A stretch of 64,000 nt of DNA from an uncultured Actinomycetes bacterium (GTDB lineage Bacteria > Actinomycetota > Actinomycetes > S36-B12 > UBA10799). The stretch lies in NCBI GenBank assembly GCA_964474045.1, contig CAYYRC010000013.1:20413-84412 (forward strand). Reading direction: 5' to 3'. The first letter of the stretch is position 1, and every line of letters starts with the position of its first letter. A program made the position numbers and the translations under genes. Positions 16,802-29,677 of this stretch are shown here, in pieces. The notes under the pieces were generated by a model. The model had not been told where the DNA came from. It saw only the letters and a list, made by a program, of their open reading frames with translations, and made no database searches.

Positions 16802-18592
16802 TCACGGATTCATGGTGTAGGCGCCGTCGTAGGACAGCACCTCGGCCACGAAGTCCTTCTCGTAGGTCGCGTCAACATCCGGCGCTGCCACCATGGCCTG
16901 GGCCTTCTCGCGCTGCTCGGCGGTGGCCGAGGCTCGGCCGAACAGCTCCAGGGCGAATCCGTCGAGGTCCTGCACGAAGACCGCGAACATGCGGTTGACG
17001 TGGTCCTCGGTCAGGCCGGTCAGGTCTCCCACTCCCCCGGCGCGGACGCCGTCGGCGTCCAACGCCAGCGCTGCGCCCTCGCACACCAACTGGGCGTAGA
17101 CGATCTGGGTGAAGAGCTGGCCCAGCGACTGCAGGTAGTCCAAGTCCCGCGACTGGTCCTCGGTCGGCGGGGCCGTCGTCACCAGCTCGGCAAATGCCTT
17201 CATCTGCTCGACGAAGATCGCCACGTTGGGCAGGTGGGCGAAGCGCGCGAACGCCGGCTGCGGGTCGTGGAAGCCGATCCGCCCGAGTCCGGAGGCTGGC
17301 CCCTGGGCGAACAGATACGCGTCGTCCGTGGCCCCGTCCACGACGCCGATCACCGGCAGCTCGGGTCCGGCTCCCGTGGCCGCGAGCAGGTACTGCGGCA
17401 GGAACTTCAGGACCAGCGCGACGTTGACCGCCACCGTGCCCTCGAGCTTGGGCAGCGCCCGGATGTGCTGGGCCGCCTGCTCGAAGTACGTGTCGTTCTC
17501 GAAGCCGCGCGCCGCGATGACGTCCCAGAGCAGGTCGATGACCTTCTCGCCCTCGCCGGTGACCTTCATCTTGGTGAGCGGGTTGAAGAGCAGGAAGCGA
17601 CGGTCGTCATCGGACGCCGTGCGCATATAGTCCGTCGCCCGCGCGGCGAAGATCTTCATGGCCAGCAGGCGGGCATAGGCATCGGCCAGCATGCGCCGCA
17701 CGTGCGGGAAGTCGGTCACCCGGGTGCCGTACAGGACGCGGTTGTTGGCGTGCGCCACCGACTCGTAGAAGGCGTGCTCGCAGATTCCGATGCTCGCCCA
17801 GCCGAGGTTGGCCTTGCCCACGTTGACGGTTGCCAGGGCGGCATCCCAGGCGGGCTTGCCGGTGTGCAGGATGTCGGCGGCGGCCACCGGGTAGTCGGCC
17901 AGCGAGAAGGCGGACACGTACATCTGGTCGGAGACCACGTTCTTCTCGAGCTGGTAGGCGGGGTGCGCCGGGTCGACCAGGAAGAACACGTACTCGCCAG
18001 GGAACTCCGGGTCGTCGTCGGCGAAGCGGCCGAAGACCGACAGCCGCCCGGCCACGTTGCCGTTGCCGATGTAGTACTTGGGGCCGGTCGCCAGCCAGCC
18101 GTCGCCGTCACCGTCACGGGTGAGAATCATGTCGGTGGAGTAGATGTCGGCGCCGTGGGTCTTCTCCGACAGCCCGAAGCCGAACACCGCACCATCGGCC
18201 AGCAGGCCGCCGACGAGCTCCTTCGCCGCGGCGTTGTCAGAGGTCCACACCGGACCCAGACCTAGGACCGTCACCTGCCAGGCGTACCAGTGCGACAGGG
18301 AGTAGAACGCCAGGATCTCGTTGAGCTCGTTGATCCGGTGGGTGTCCCAGCGGGCTTCCGCATCGCCGGTGAGCTCCCCGACCTCCGCAGGCGTGCCGAA
18401 GCGGCCGAAAGTGCCCAGCTGGGCGGCGCGGTCGAGGAAGTCCGCATACCAGACGGTCTGGTGGAAGTCGGCCTTCATCTCGGCCAGGCCTTTGCCCTCG
18501 AAGAAGGCGATCAACTCCAGCAGATTGGCCCGCGTGGCCTCGTCGAGGTGCGTGGGGTCGTAATCCGAGGGGTTGAAGAGCAGGCTGGCCAT
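16802..18592 (-). CDS. acyl-CoA dehydrogenase family protein (long form)
   Basis: 596-aa ORF with an ACAD-like middle domain (GFGLSEKTHGADIYS, KYYIGNG) and C-terminal helical domain. Confidence 0.8.
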   Translation of the reverse strand: MASLLFNPSDYDPTHLDEATRANLLELIAFFEGKGLAEMKADFHQTVWYADFLDRAAQLGTFGRFGTPAEVGELTGDAEARWDTHRINELNEILAFYSLSHWYAWQVTVLGLGPVWTSDNAAAKELVGGLLADGAVFGFGLSEKTHGADIYSTDMILTRDGDGDGWLATGPKYYIGNGNVAGRLSVFGRFADDDPEFPGEYVFFLVDPAHPAYQLEKNVVSDQMYVSAFSLADYPVAAADILHTGKPAWDAALATVNVGKANLGWASIGICEHAFYESVAHANNRVLYGTRVTDFPHVRRMLADAYARLLAMKIFAARATDYMRTASDDDRRFLLFNPLTKMKVTGEGEKVIDLLWDVIAARGFENDTYFEQAAQHIRALPKLEGTVAVNVALVLKFLPQYLLAATGAGPELPVIGVVDGATDDAYLFAQGPASGLGRIGFHDPQPAFARFAHLPNVAIFVEQMKAFAELVTTAPPTEDQSRDLDYLQSLGQLFTQIVYAQLVCEGAALALDADGVRAGGVGDLTGLTEDHVNRMFAVFVQDLDGFALELFGRASATAEQREKAQAMVAAPDVDATYEKDFVAEVLSYDGAYTMNP

Positions 18593-18671
18593 GGGTCCTC
18601 CGGGAATATCCGACTGTTGGCGTCAGGGCAGAATCTTAACTGCCCCGCCCGAGTCGGCGAGCCCGGCGGTC

Positions 18672-19217
18672 CTACGCCGCGCCGGACGTGGCATCCCCCG
18701 AGCCCGCAGGTCCGTCGCCGCCGACCGAGTTCTCCTTCTTTGCCTGGGCCTCGCGCTCGGCCTCCTCCATCTCGGAGGTGACCTCCTGCACGGTGCCACC
18801 GACCTTGTCCGCCGCCTTGTCGCTGGCCTCGGACACCTTGTCCGCCGCCTTGTCGCTGGCCTCCGCCACCTTGTCGGCTGCCTTGTCGGCCTGCTGCGCG
18901 GCCGCCGACGACGCGTCCGCTGCCTTCTGGGCCGCGGTGTCGACTGCCGCGGCGGCGCGGTTGGCCGCACCCTGGGCGGTGGATCCGGCCTGCGCGGCGG
19001 CGTCCGCGGTGCGGTCGGCCACTTGACCGACCGAGTCGGCGGCCTTATCGGCGGCGGTGCTGACCGAGCTGGCCGCCCGGGTTGCCGCCTGGCTGACCGT
19101 GGCGGCAGCCTGGTCGGCGCTGGCGGACAACTGGTCGGCGAGCTGGCGACGGCGGTAGGCCACGAGTCCGGCGGCGGAGGCTGCGATGGCGACGGCTGCG
19201 ATGAGGCTCTTCTTCAT
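18672..19217 (-). CDS. Ala-rich repeat protein with an N-terminal signal/anchor
   Basis: The 3-prime part of ORF 18672..19907, from ATG 19217: MKKSLIAAVAIAASAAGLVAY... This is followed by A/D/K/S-rich repeats, including (EASDKAADKV)x3. GC3 is high. Confidence 0.6.
   Translation of the reverse strand: MKKSLIAAVAIAASAAGLVAYRRRQLADQLSASADQAAATVSQAATRAASSVSTAADKAADSVGQVADRTADAAAQAGSTAQGAANRAAAAVDTAAQKAADASSAAAQQADKAADKVAEASDKAADKVSEASDKAADKVGGTVQEVTSEMEEAEREAQAKKENSVGGDGPAGSGDATSGAA
18802..18896. repeat. 33-nt tandem repeat (about 3 units) inside the Ala-rich protein gene
   Basis: The 29-mer ACCTTGTCCGCCGCCTTGTCGCTGGCCTC occurs at 18802..18830 and again at 18835..18863. A degenerate third unit starts at 18868. 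On the minus strand this encodes the 11-aa repeat DKAADKV(S/A)EAS. Confidence 0.8.
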
Positions 19218-19291
19218 GGGCCCTTTTCTATCCTGACGGCGGCAGGCGGCGCCACCCCAGGACGGCCGTCCTGGGATGCCGATCTCCGACG

Positions 19292-20125
19292 CTACTGTCC
19301 CGGCGCCAGCAGCAACCCGGTCGCCGCGGTGCCGGGACAGATGAGGTTGTGATCCAGCAGCCGCCCGTCGGGCAGCATCTCGACCCACTGGACCAGGTGC
19401 GGCGCTGTCCCGGCCAGCCCCCGGCCGGAACACGTGCGCTCGGCCGCGCTGCGCTCGTTGCGCCCGATCGCCACCCACGTAGGGACGTCGAGCTCGACGC
19501 CGCCGGTGATGCGCCGCCACAGCGTAGGCGTGGAGTACACGCCCACCGGGTGCCCGGCCTCGGCGAAGGTCATCAGCATCGCGTTGAGGTAGGCGACGTG
19601 CTGGGCCTGCGTGCCCGACCAGGTGTTCTCGGTCTCGACGTCCAGCCAGACCGGAAGCGCCTCGGGCATCCCGGCGGCAGCGATGCGGTTGAGGCCGTCG
19701 AAGGCATCGGCACGCCCCAGGGCGGCCGGGTCGCCCGCGTCTGGCGTGCCGGCGATGAACTCGGTGTTGACGTACACGGCGGCCGCATTCAGGCCCTGCG
19801 CCCAGGCCCATTGCTCGCTCAGGCAGGGCTGGTCCTTGGCGGGACGGCCACCGGTCAGCCCGACGATGGCGAAGCCGACGCCTTCGGAGGGCAGCTCCAC
19901 CTGGCACTGCGGGAAGGACACGTCCACGCCGCTGTTGGGGTCCGGAACGGCGACCGGCACAGCGCTGGGCTGCACGACGGTGACTCCGGCGGCGTGCGCG
20001 CCGCGCTGCCCCAGCATGGCCGGGAGCGAGCGAAGCATCCCCGACCCCAGCACGATCGCGGCCAGCACGCCAACGACCGCGACCACCACGGCCACCGTGA
20101 CGAGCAGCCGAACCACTCTGCTCAC
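19292..20125 (-). CDS. membrane-anchored glycoside-hydrolase-like protein (DUF1906/GH25-like TIM barrel)
   Basis: 277-aa ORF with an N-terminal TM helix. The following pattern is DVSFPQC ... GFAIVG ... VYVNTE ... VWLDVE ... GVYSTP ..., typical of Rv2525c-like/GH25-like domains as I recall them. Confidence 0.5.
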   Translation of the reverse strand: MSRVVRLLVTVAVVVAVVGVLAAIVLGSGMLRSLPAMLGQRGAHAAGVTVVQPSAVPVAVPDPNSGVDVSFPQCQVELPSEGVGFAIVGLTGGRPAKDQPCLSEQWAWAQGLNAAAVYVNTEFIAGTPDAGDPAALGRADAFDGLNRIAAAGMPEALPVWLDVETENTWSGTQAQHVAYLNAMLMTFAEAGHPVGVYSTPTLWRRITGGVELDVPTWVAIGRNERSAAERTCSGRGLAGTAPHLVQWVEMLPDGRLLDHNLICPGTAATGLLLAPGQ

Positions 20126-20132
20126 CTATCGA

Positions 20133-20678
20133 TCACGCTTCCGCCCGACGGGTGTCGCCCGACGACATGTCCGCCGCCGCGGCCACCAGCGCCGGCCCCA
20201 GCACCGACCGCGGGATGCCCAGGCGGTCCGCCAGCACGACCGCCGCATCACCGTAGGCGGCCAGCGCTACCAGCACCCGACCGTCGAGGGTCCGCGGCAC
20301 CGCCTCGGCGCCGCTCGTGCCGTAGGCCCTGCAGATGAGTGCCTGGGCGGCTGCGTGCAGGGGGTCCGACAACCCCTCGAAGACCCCCGAGGTGGACTCT
20401 CCCGCACTGCGGCCCAGGATTCCCCGCACGAGCTCGTCGGCACCGGCCTCGTCGCGCCCCAAGGTGATGCCCAGGAGCGCGACGACATCGGCGAACCCCA
20501 GCACGGAGTTGAGCAGCTGGTCGGCGGCCATAGGCTCCGCGAGCAGATCCGCCAGGGCGTCGTGCAGCGGCGCCTGCCGGTCCGAGTCGACGTAGCCGGC
20601 CGCAGCCTGCGCGACCTGGCCGACAACGGCCGGGTCCAGCCGCTCACCCGGCTCGGCCACCGCAGCGAAGACACCCAT
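20133..20678 (-). CDS. hypothetical protein
   Basis: The 3-prime end of the artefactual 893-aa ORF 20133..22814. From ATG 20678 it gives 181 aa with strong GC3 bias. It stops 7 nt before the next minus-strand gene. I recognise no family. Confidence 0.5.
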   Translation of the reverse strand: MGVFAAVAEPGERLDPAVVGQVAQAAAGYVDSDRQAPLHDALADLLAEPMAADQLLNSVLGFADVVALLGITLGRDEAGADELVRGILGRSAGESTSGVFEGLSDPLHAAAQALICRAYGTSGAEAVPRTLDGRVLVALAAYGDAAVVLADRLGIPRSVLGPALVAAAADMSSGDTRRAEA

Positions 20679-20747
20679 GCCCACACGGTACCCGCCGCCT
20701 CGTCGACGACCAGGACACGACGGCTCCGCGATCCCTACGCTGACACC

Positions 20748-22829
20748 GTGGAACGAGCCATCTGCGTGATGTCCCTGGAGCCCGAGAGCGGCAAGTCGCT
20801 GGTGACCCTCGGACTGGCCGAGGTGCTGTCGCAACGTGTCGGCCGCATGGGCTATTTCCGCCCCGTCGTGCGGGCCGGGGGCGCCGATCCGATGATCGAG
20901 CTGATGCGCCGGCGCTACCACCTGGCGCAGACCGAGGAGGAGTCCTACGGGGTCACAACCGATCAGACCCGTTCGGTCGGGACCCCGGGCGAGCTCGATG
21001 CGCTGGTAGCCGCCATCATGTCGAAGTTCCACGCGCTGGCGGCGGACTGCGACGCCGTGCTGGTGGAGGGGACCGACTTCGCCGGGGCCAGCGCCGCCTT
21101 CGAGTTCGACCTGAACGCCAGCATCGCCACCAACCTCGGCGCCCCGGTGGTGCTCGTCCTGCGTGGTCATGGCCACCGGGCGGAACAGGTCGTCGGTGCC
21201 GCCCGGGCCGCGCTCGGGTCGCTCGGCGAGCACGACACGACCGCTGCGGCCGTCGTCTTCAACCGCGTGGACCCGGACCAGGCCGAAGACATCCGGGCCG
21301 CGGCATCGGCCCTGCCGGTCCCCTGCTGGCTGCTGCCGGAGGAGCCCCGGATGGCTCACCCCACCCTGCGCCAGACCGCCGCACAGCTGGACGCCGAGGT
21401 GCTGCTGGGCGACGACGACTCGCTGAGCGCCGAGGTGGCGGGCGTCAAGGTGGCGGCTATGACGGTGCCGCACCTCCTCGAGCACCTGCACGACGGCGTG
21501 CTGCTCATCACGGCCGGCGATCGCGCCGACGTCATCATGACCGCTGCCGCGACCCGCCACGCCGAGCGTTCGCCAAGGGTGTCCGGAGTCCTGCTGACCG
21601 GCGGCTTTCGGCCTGCGGACTCCGTGCTGGACCTGCTCGCCTCCGTTCCTGGGCCGCCGCTGACCGTGCTCCTGACGGAGCTGGACACCTATGCCACCGC
21701 GGCGGCGGTCTCGGGCCTGCGGCCCATGACCTCGTCGTCGGACGAGCGCCGGATCGCGCTCTCGCTCGGCCTGTTCGAGACGCATGTGGACGGCGCCGAC
21801 CTCGCGGCCGCCCTGGACGTCGCGGAGTCCTCCGTGACGACGCCGCTGATGTTCGAGCATCGGCTGCTGGCCCGGGCCAGGGCCGACCGGCGCCGGATCG
21901 TGCTGCCCGAGGGCAACGACGACCGCGTGCTGCTGGCCGCCGAGCGCATCCTGCAGCGCGACGTCTGCGATCTGGTCATCCTCGACCCCGACGGCTCCTT
22001 GGCCGAGCGGTCCGCCCGCCTCGGCGTCGCGCTCGACGGGGCCCGGATCGTCGACCCGCAGACCTCCGAGCTCCGAGAGCAGCTGGCCGCAGACCTGCAC
22101 ACGGCTCGGGCGCACAAGGGGGTCACCCTCGACATGGCCCGGGACGCGGTGGCCTCGGTCTCGATGTTCGGGACGCTCATGGTCAACGCGGGGCTGGTCG
22201 ACGGCATGGTGTCCGGCGCCGCGCACACCACGGCCGACACGATCCGCCCGGCGCTGCAGGTCATCGGCACCGAGCCCGGCGTCTCGGTCGTGTCGTCGGT
22301 CTTCCTGATGTGCCTGCACGACCAGGTGCTCGTCTACGGCGACTGCGCCGTCAACCCGGACCCAGACGCCTCCCAGCTCGCCGACATCGCGATCTCCTCC
22401 GCCGCCACCGCCCGGGCGTTCGACATCCAGCCGCGGGTGGCGATGCTGTCGTACTCCACCGGCAGCTCGGGAACCGGCGGCGACGTCGAGAAAGTGCGCG
22501 AGGCAACTGCCATCGCCCGCGAGCGCGCGCCGGAGCTGGCGATCGAGGGACCGATCCAGTACGACGCGGCGGTCGACCTCGCGGTGGCCGCATCGAAGCT
22601 GCCGGACTCGGCCGTGGCCGGGCGGGCCACAGTCTTCGTGTTCCCCGACCTGAACACCGGTAACAACACCTACAAGGCGGTGCAGCGCAGCGCCGGCGCG
22701 ATCGCCATCGGGCCGGTGCTGCAGGGGTTGCGCAAACCGGTGAACGACCTCTCCCGGGGCTGCACCGTCACCGACATCTTCAACACCGTCGCCATCACCG
22801 CCGTGCAGTCCCAACAGCCCGCCCGCTAG
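20748..22829 (+). CDS. pta: phosphate acetyltransferase (long form with N-terminal AAA/DRTGG domains)
   Basis: The 3-prime part of ORF 19611..22829. The GTG 20748 start gives VERAICVMSLEPESGKS..., which is colinear with the E. coli Pta N-terminus. The C-terminal PTA_PTB domain is present (MVSGAAHTTADTIRPALQ ... DLSRGC). Confidence 0.95.
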   Translation: MERAICVMSLEPESGKSLVTLGLAEVLSQRVGRMGYFRPVVRAGGADPMIELMRRRYHLAQTEEESYGVTTDQTRSVGTPGELDALVAAIMSKFHALAADCDAVLVEGTDFAGASAAFEFDLNASIATNLGAPVVLVLRGHGHRAEQVVGAARAALGSLGEHDTTAAAVVFNRVDPDQAEDIRAAASALPVPCWLLPEEPRMAHPTLRQTAAQLDAEVLLGDDDSLSAEVAGVKVAAMTVPHLLEHLHDGVLLITAGDRADVIMTAAATRHAERSPRVSGVLLTGGFRPADSVLDLLASVPGPPLTVLLTELDTYATAAAVSGLRPMTSSSDERRIALSLGLFETHVDGADLAAALDVAESSVTTPLMFEHRLLARARADRRRIVLPEGNDDRVLLAAERILQRDVCDLVILDPDGSLAERSARLGVALDGARIVDPQTSELREQLAADLHTARAHKGVTLDMARDAVASVSMFGTLMVNAGLVDGMVSGAAHTTADTIRPALQVIGTEPGVSVVSSVFLMCLHDQVLVYGDCAVNPDPDASQLADIAISSAATARAFDIQPRVAMLSYSTGSSGTGGDVEKVREATAIARERAPELAIEGPIQYDAAVDLAVAASKLPDSAVAGRATVFVFPDLNTGNNTYKAVQRSAGAIAIGPVLQGLRKPVNDLSRGCTVTDIFNTVAITAVQSQQPAR

Positions 22830-22864
22830 CCCAGCACCGTCCCCCCGATCGCCAGGAGCCCTAC

Positions 22865-24088
<1,224 letters not shown>

Positions 24089-24098
24089 ACCGGGCAGG

Positions 24099-27000
24099 CT
24101 ACCCCTGGTCGGGCCGCACGATCGGGAAGAGCAGCGTCTCCCGGATGTTCTTGCCGGTCAGGAACATGATGAGGCGGTCGATGCCCATCCCCTGGCCGCC
24201 GGTCGGGGGCATGCCGTACTCCAGCGCCCGCAGGAAGTCCTCGTCCAGCTCCATCGCCTCGACGTCACCGGCGGCCGCCAGCAAGCTCTGAGCGGTCAGG
24301 CGCTCGCGCTGCTCGATCGGGTCCGTCAGCTCGGTGTACGCAGTCCCGAGCTCCGCGCCGAAAGCCACGAGGTCCCAGCGCTCGGCCACCTTGGGGTTCG
24401 ACGGCTTCTGCCGGGTGAGCGGCGAGACGCCGGTCGGGAAGTCCTTGTAGAACGTCGGCATGGTCGTGCGGTCCTCGCACAGGTGCTCGTACATCTCGAG
24501 GGTGACCTGGTCGGAGTCCCAGCCCGGGTCGAACGGGATGTCGTGCTCGCGGCAGAGGTCCCGCAGCCGCTCCAGCGAGGTATCCGAGGTCACCTCTGCG
24601 CCGATGGCCCTCGAGATGCCCTCATGCAGGGTCGTCACCGCCCACTCGCCGGAGATGTCCACCTCCTCGAAGCCGCCGTCGGGTAGCGGGCGACGGATGA
24701 CGGGACGCCCGTACGCCGCCTCGGCGGCCTCGATGATGAGCTCGCGGGTGAGGACGAGCATGGTGTCGTAGTCGCCGTACGCGTCGTACATCTCCATCGA
24801 GGTGAATTCGGGGTTGTGGGTGGCGTCGGCGCCCTCGTTGCGGAAGTTGCGGTTCATCTCGAACACCTTCGGCGCCCCGCCCACCAGCAGCTTCTTGAGG
24901 TAGAGCTCCGGCGCGATGCGCATGTAGAGGCGCATGTCGTAGGCGTTGATGTGCGTCGTGAACGGCCGTGCGTTCGCCCCGCCGTGGATCGGCTGCAGCA
25001 TCGGCGTCTCCACCTCCAGGAAGCCGCGGCGCCACAGCGACTCGCGCACCGAGCGCACCACCCGCGAGCGCAGCTCCAGCATCTCCCGGGAGGAGTCGTT
25101 GACAATGAGGTCGACGTAGCGCTGGCGCACGCGGGCCTCGGCGTCGGCCAGGCCCTTGTGCTTGTCCGGCAGCGGCACGAGGCACTTCGAGGTCATGACC
25201 CACTCGTGGGCCAGAACCGAAAGCTCGCCGCGCTTGGAAGCGATCACCTCGCCCACGACGCCGACCTGGTCGCCGAGGTCCACGAACTGCTTCCAGTGGT
25301 CCAGCGACTCCTGGCCGACCTCCGCCAGCGAGAGCATCACCTGGATCGAGCCGGTGAAGTCGTTGACCGCGGCGAAGACGATCTTGCCCGACACGCGGTT
25401 GCGCAGGACGCGGCCCGCGACGCGGACGATGCGGCCGGTCCTGGCATCGGGGGCCAGGTCGCCGAACTCCGCGCGGATGGCCTCGATCTCGGTGTCGGGA
25501 TGGAAGGACGCCACGAACGGGTCGAGCCCCGCCGCGACCATTCGCTCGAGCTTCTCGCGCCGGACACGCTCCTGCTCAGGCAGTCGGGACAGCGGGCTGT
25601 CATGCTCCGCCTCGATCGCCTTGCGCTCAGCGTAGGCGGCCTCATCTGCGGCGATGAGCGCCATCGGCGCGCCCTTGGCGCCTTCCAGCAGCGGCGAGCC
25701 CTGGGCGCCGCGCGAACGCAGCATGGTGCGGGGATTCATGTCCGGCACGAAGCCCTCCGCGATGCCCGAGGCGATCGCCACCCGGGGGAGGTCGCGGGCC
25801 GATTCGAACAAGAGGTAGCGCGGCACCCACTCCGGGTTGTACTTCGCGTTGGCACGGTAGAGCGACTCCAGCTGGTACCAGCGGGAGGCGAACATCAGCG
25901 CCCCGCGGGTCAGGCGCAGCACCGGCCCGGCGCCGATCTCGGCACCCTCCTCGAAGACCTCGCGCAGCACCGCGAAGTTCAGCGAGGCGTGGTCCACCCC
26001 GATCTTCGGGCCCGCAGACACGAGCTCGGCGACCATGAACTCGACGACGCCGTTCTCGGCCGTCCGCGCCCGCCGCATCATGTCCAGCGAGATCCCGCGC
26101 TGACCCCAGGGTGAGAACGACAGCACCCCCTGCAGCACACCCTCGACGTCGAAGGCCTCCACGAGCACGCAGCGGCCGTCGGACGGGTCGGCCATGCGGC
26201 CCAGCGCCATGGAGAAGCCGCGCTCGTTGGTGGTGTCGCGGGTCAAGTCGCAGAACTCCAGCGCCTTCAGCATCTGGTCCTCGGGCACATCGCCGTGGCG
26301 GCGCACACGGGCTGTGTAGCCGGCGCGCTCGACCCGCGACACCGCCTGCCGGACGGCCCGCGACTCACGCCCGTCAAGGTTGAAATCGTGGAACTGCAGG
26401 ATCGCCTCGTCCCCCAGGTGCAGCGCCTCCAGACCCGCCCGGTGGAAAGCCTCGGCGCCGGTCTTGGACGCGCCCATCACCGCCGGGGCCCAGGCGAAAT
26501 GCCGGGCTTCCTCCAGCCACTCCTCGATCGCGGCCGGCCAAGCCTCCTGGTCGCCGATCGGATCACCCGAGGCCAGGCTGGTGCCGTTGATGACGCGATA
26601 GGTGATGACCGCCTTGCCGGAGGGCGAGAAGATGGCCGCCTTGTCGCGGCGGGTGGCGAAGTACCCCAGGGAGTCTTCCTCGCCGTGCTCGCGCAGCAGG
26701 GCGCGCACTGCGACCTCGTCCTGCGCGGTAAGCATGACCTTCTTCCGGTTGGGCCGGAAGAGGTAGTAGGCCGCGACCAGCACCGTGATCGAGCCGAGGA
26801 TGCCGGACACGAAGATGATGAACCGCGGCGGTCGCCCCCCGAGGGTGTCGGAGGGCTCGAAACCCACCGGGTAGAGCAGCTCCTGCACGGCGAAGGCCAA
26901 GCGGGAGGCACGCGGCAGCGTTCCCGGCACGAGAGTGGTCATCAGGATGATCACCAGCACGGTGACGATCCCGCCGACGATGAGCACGAGCAGCGCCCGC

Positions 27001-27524
27001 CAGCCGTTGCCCTTCTGCACGACCCCGAAGAACTCGTGGCGCGAGATCAGCAGCACGACGACGCAGGCGATCGAGATCACCACGGCCAGCAGCACCGGCC
27101 ATGGGAACGTCAGCCCCTCGGCCAGCTTGGTCTCGTTGGGCGCCAGGAACCACACGAGCAGCAGCAGCGACCCCGTGATCACCTGCGCCATCTCCAGGAC
27201 CACCACTGTCACCAACGCCACCCGCTTGCGCCGGTTCAGGCTGCTCGCGACCACCCACAGCAGCACACCCCACGTCAAGTAGGGGATGACCGGGAGGGCG
27301 ATCACCTCGGTCACGTCGCGGATGATGTCGTCGCGGCGACGGATCGGCGGGATCAGCGAGGTGGCGATGGAGAGCACGGCGATGATCCAGACGATGATCG
27401 CCGCCACCTTGGGGACCTGTGCCCGCCAGTCCTTGCCCGGTACGTAGCGCCGATCCCGCGGGACCGCTAGCTCGGCACGGGTCTCGGCGGCCGCGGTCTG
27501 CGCGGCGTCGACCATCTCGGACAT
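24099..27524 (-). CDS. lysX: bifunctional lysylphosphatidylglycerol synthetase / lysine--tRNA ligase
   Basis: 1141-aa ORF. The N-terminus has a multi-TM region plus an MprF-type synthase domain. The C-terminus is a class II LysRS (FRNEG, GMGIDRL). The architecture matches mycobacterial LysX. Confidence 0.9.
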   Translation of the reverse strand: MSEMVDAAQTAAAETRAELAVPRDRRYVPGKDWRAQVPKVAAIIVWIIAVLSIATSLIPPIRRRDDIIRDVTEVIALPVIPYLTWGVLLWVVASSLNRRKRVALVTVVVLEMAQVITGSLLLLVWFLAPNETKLAEGLTFPWPVLLAVVISIACVVVLLISRHEFFGVVQKGNGWRALLVLIVGGIVTVLVIILMTTLVPGTLPRASRLAFAVQELLYPVGFEPSDTLGGRPPRFIIFVSGILGSITVLVAAYYLFRPNRKKVMLTAQDEVAVRALLREHGEEDSLGYFATRRDKAAIFSPSGKAVITYRVINGTSLASGDPIGDQEAWPAAIEEWLEEARHFAWAPAVMGASKTGAEAFHRAGLEALHLGDEAILQFHDFNLDGRESRAVRQAVSRVERAGYTARVRRHGDVPEDQMLKALEFCDLTRDTTNERGFSMALGRMADPSDGRCVLVEAFDVEGVLQGVLSFSPWGQRGISLDMMRRARTAENGVVEFMVAELVSAGPKIGVDHASLNFAVLREVFEEGAEIGAGPVLRLTRGALMFASRWYQLESLYRANAKYNPEWVPRYLLFESARDLPRVAIASGIAEGFVPDMNPRTMLRSRGAQGSPLLEGAKGAPMALIAADEAAYAERKAIEAEHDSPLSRLPEQERVRREKLERMVAAGLDPFVASFHPDTEIEAIRAEFGDLAPDARTGRIVRVAGRVLRNRVSGKIVFAAVNDFTGSIQVMLSLAEVGQESLDHWKQFVDLGDQVGVVGEVIASKRGELSVLAHEWVMTSKCLVPLPDKHKGLADAEARVRQRYVDLIVNDSSREMLELRSRVVRSVRESLWRRGFLEVETPMLQPIHGGANARPFTTHINAYDMRLYMRIAPELYLKKLLVGGAPKVFEMNRNFRNEGADATHNPEFTSMEMYDAYGDYDTMLVLTRELIIEAAEAAYGRPVIRRPLPDGGFEEVDISGEWAVTTLHEGISRAIGAEVTSDTSLERLRDLCREHDIPFDPGWDSDQVTLEMYEHLCEDRTTMPTFYKDFPTGVSPLTRQKPSNPKVAERWDLVAFGAELGTAYTELTDPIEQRERLTAQSLLAAAGDVEAMELDEDFLRALEYGMPPTGGQGMGIDRLIMFLTGKNIRETLLFPIVRPDQG

Positions 27525-27613
27525 GTCGCGCTCCCGGCATCTCGTTGGCTAGCCCTATTGCGGCTACTGCCCGTCATCCTAGTGAACGCGCTGCTCCGGC
27601 CGGTACTTTCGGC

Positions 27614-29644
<2,031 letters not shown>

Positions 29645-29677
29645 CGGCGACGACCCTACGCCTCGCGCAGCGGCGCG

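Noticed and set aside
15527-18265. 912-aa plus-strand ORF
   Set aside because: It is antisense to the marR, TauE and acyl-CoA dehydrogenase genes, all of which have strong motif support and proper GC3 bias. I saw no motifs in this frame.
20679-22814. Upstream 700 codons of the 893-aa minus-strand ORF 20133..22814
   Set aside because: They are antisense to pta, which is unambiguous. Only the last 181 codons (20133..20678), outside pta, show coding bias and are kept as a hypothetical gene.
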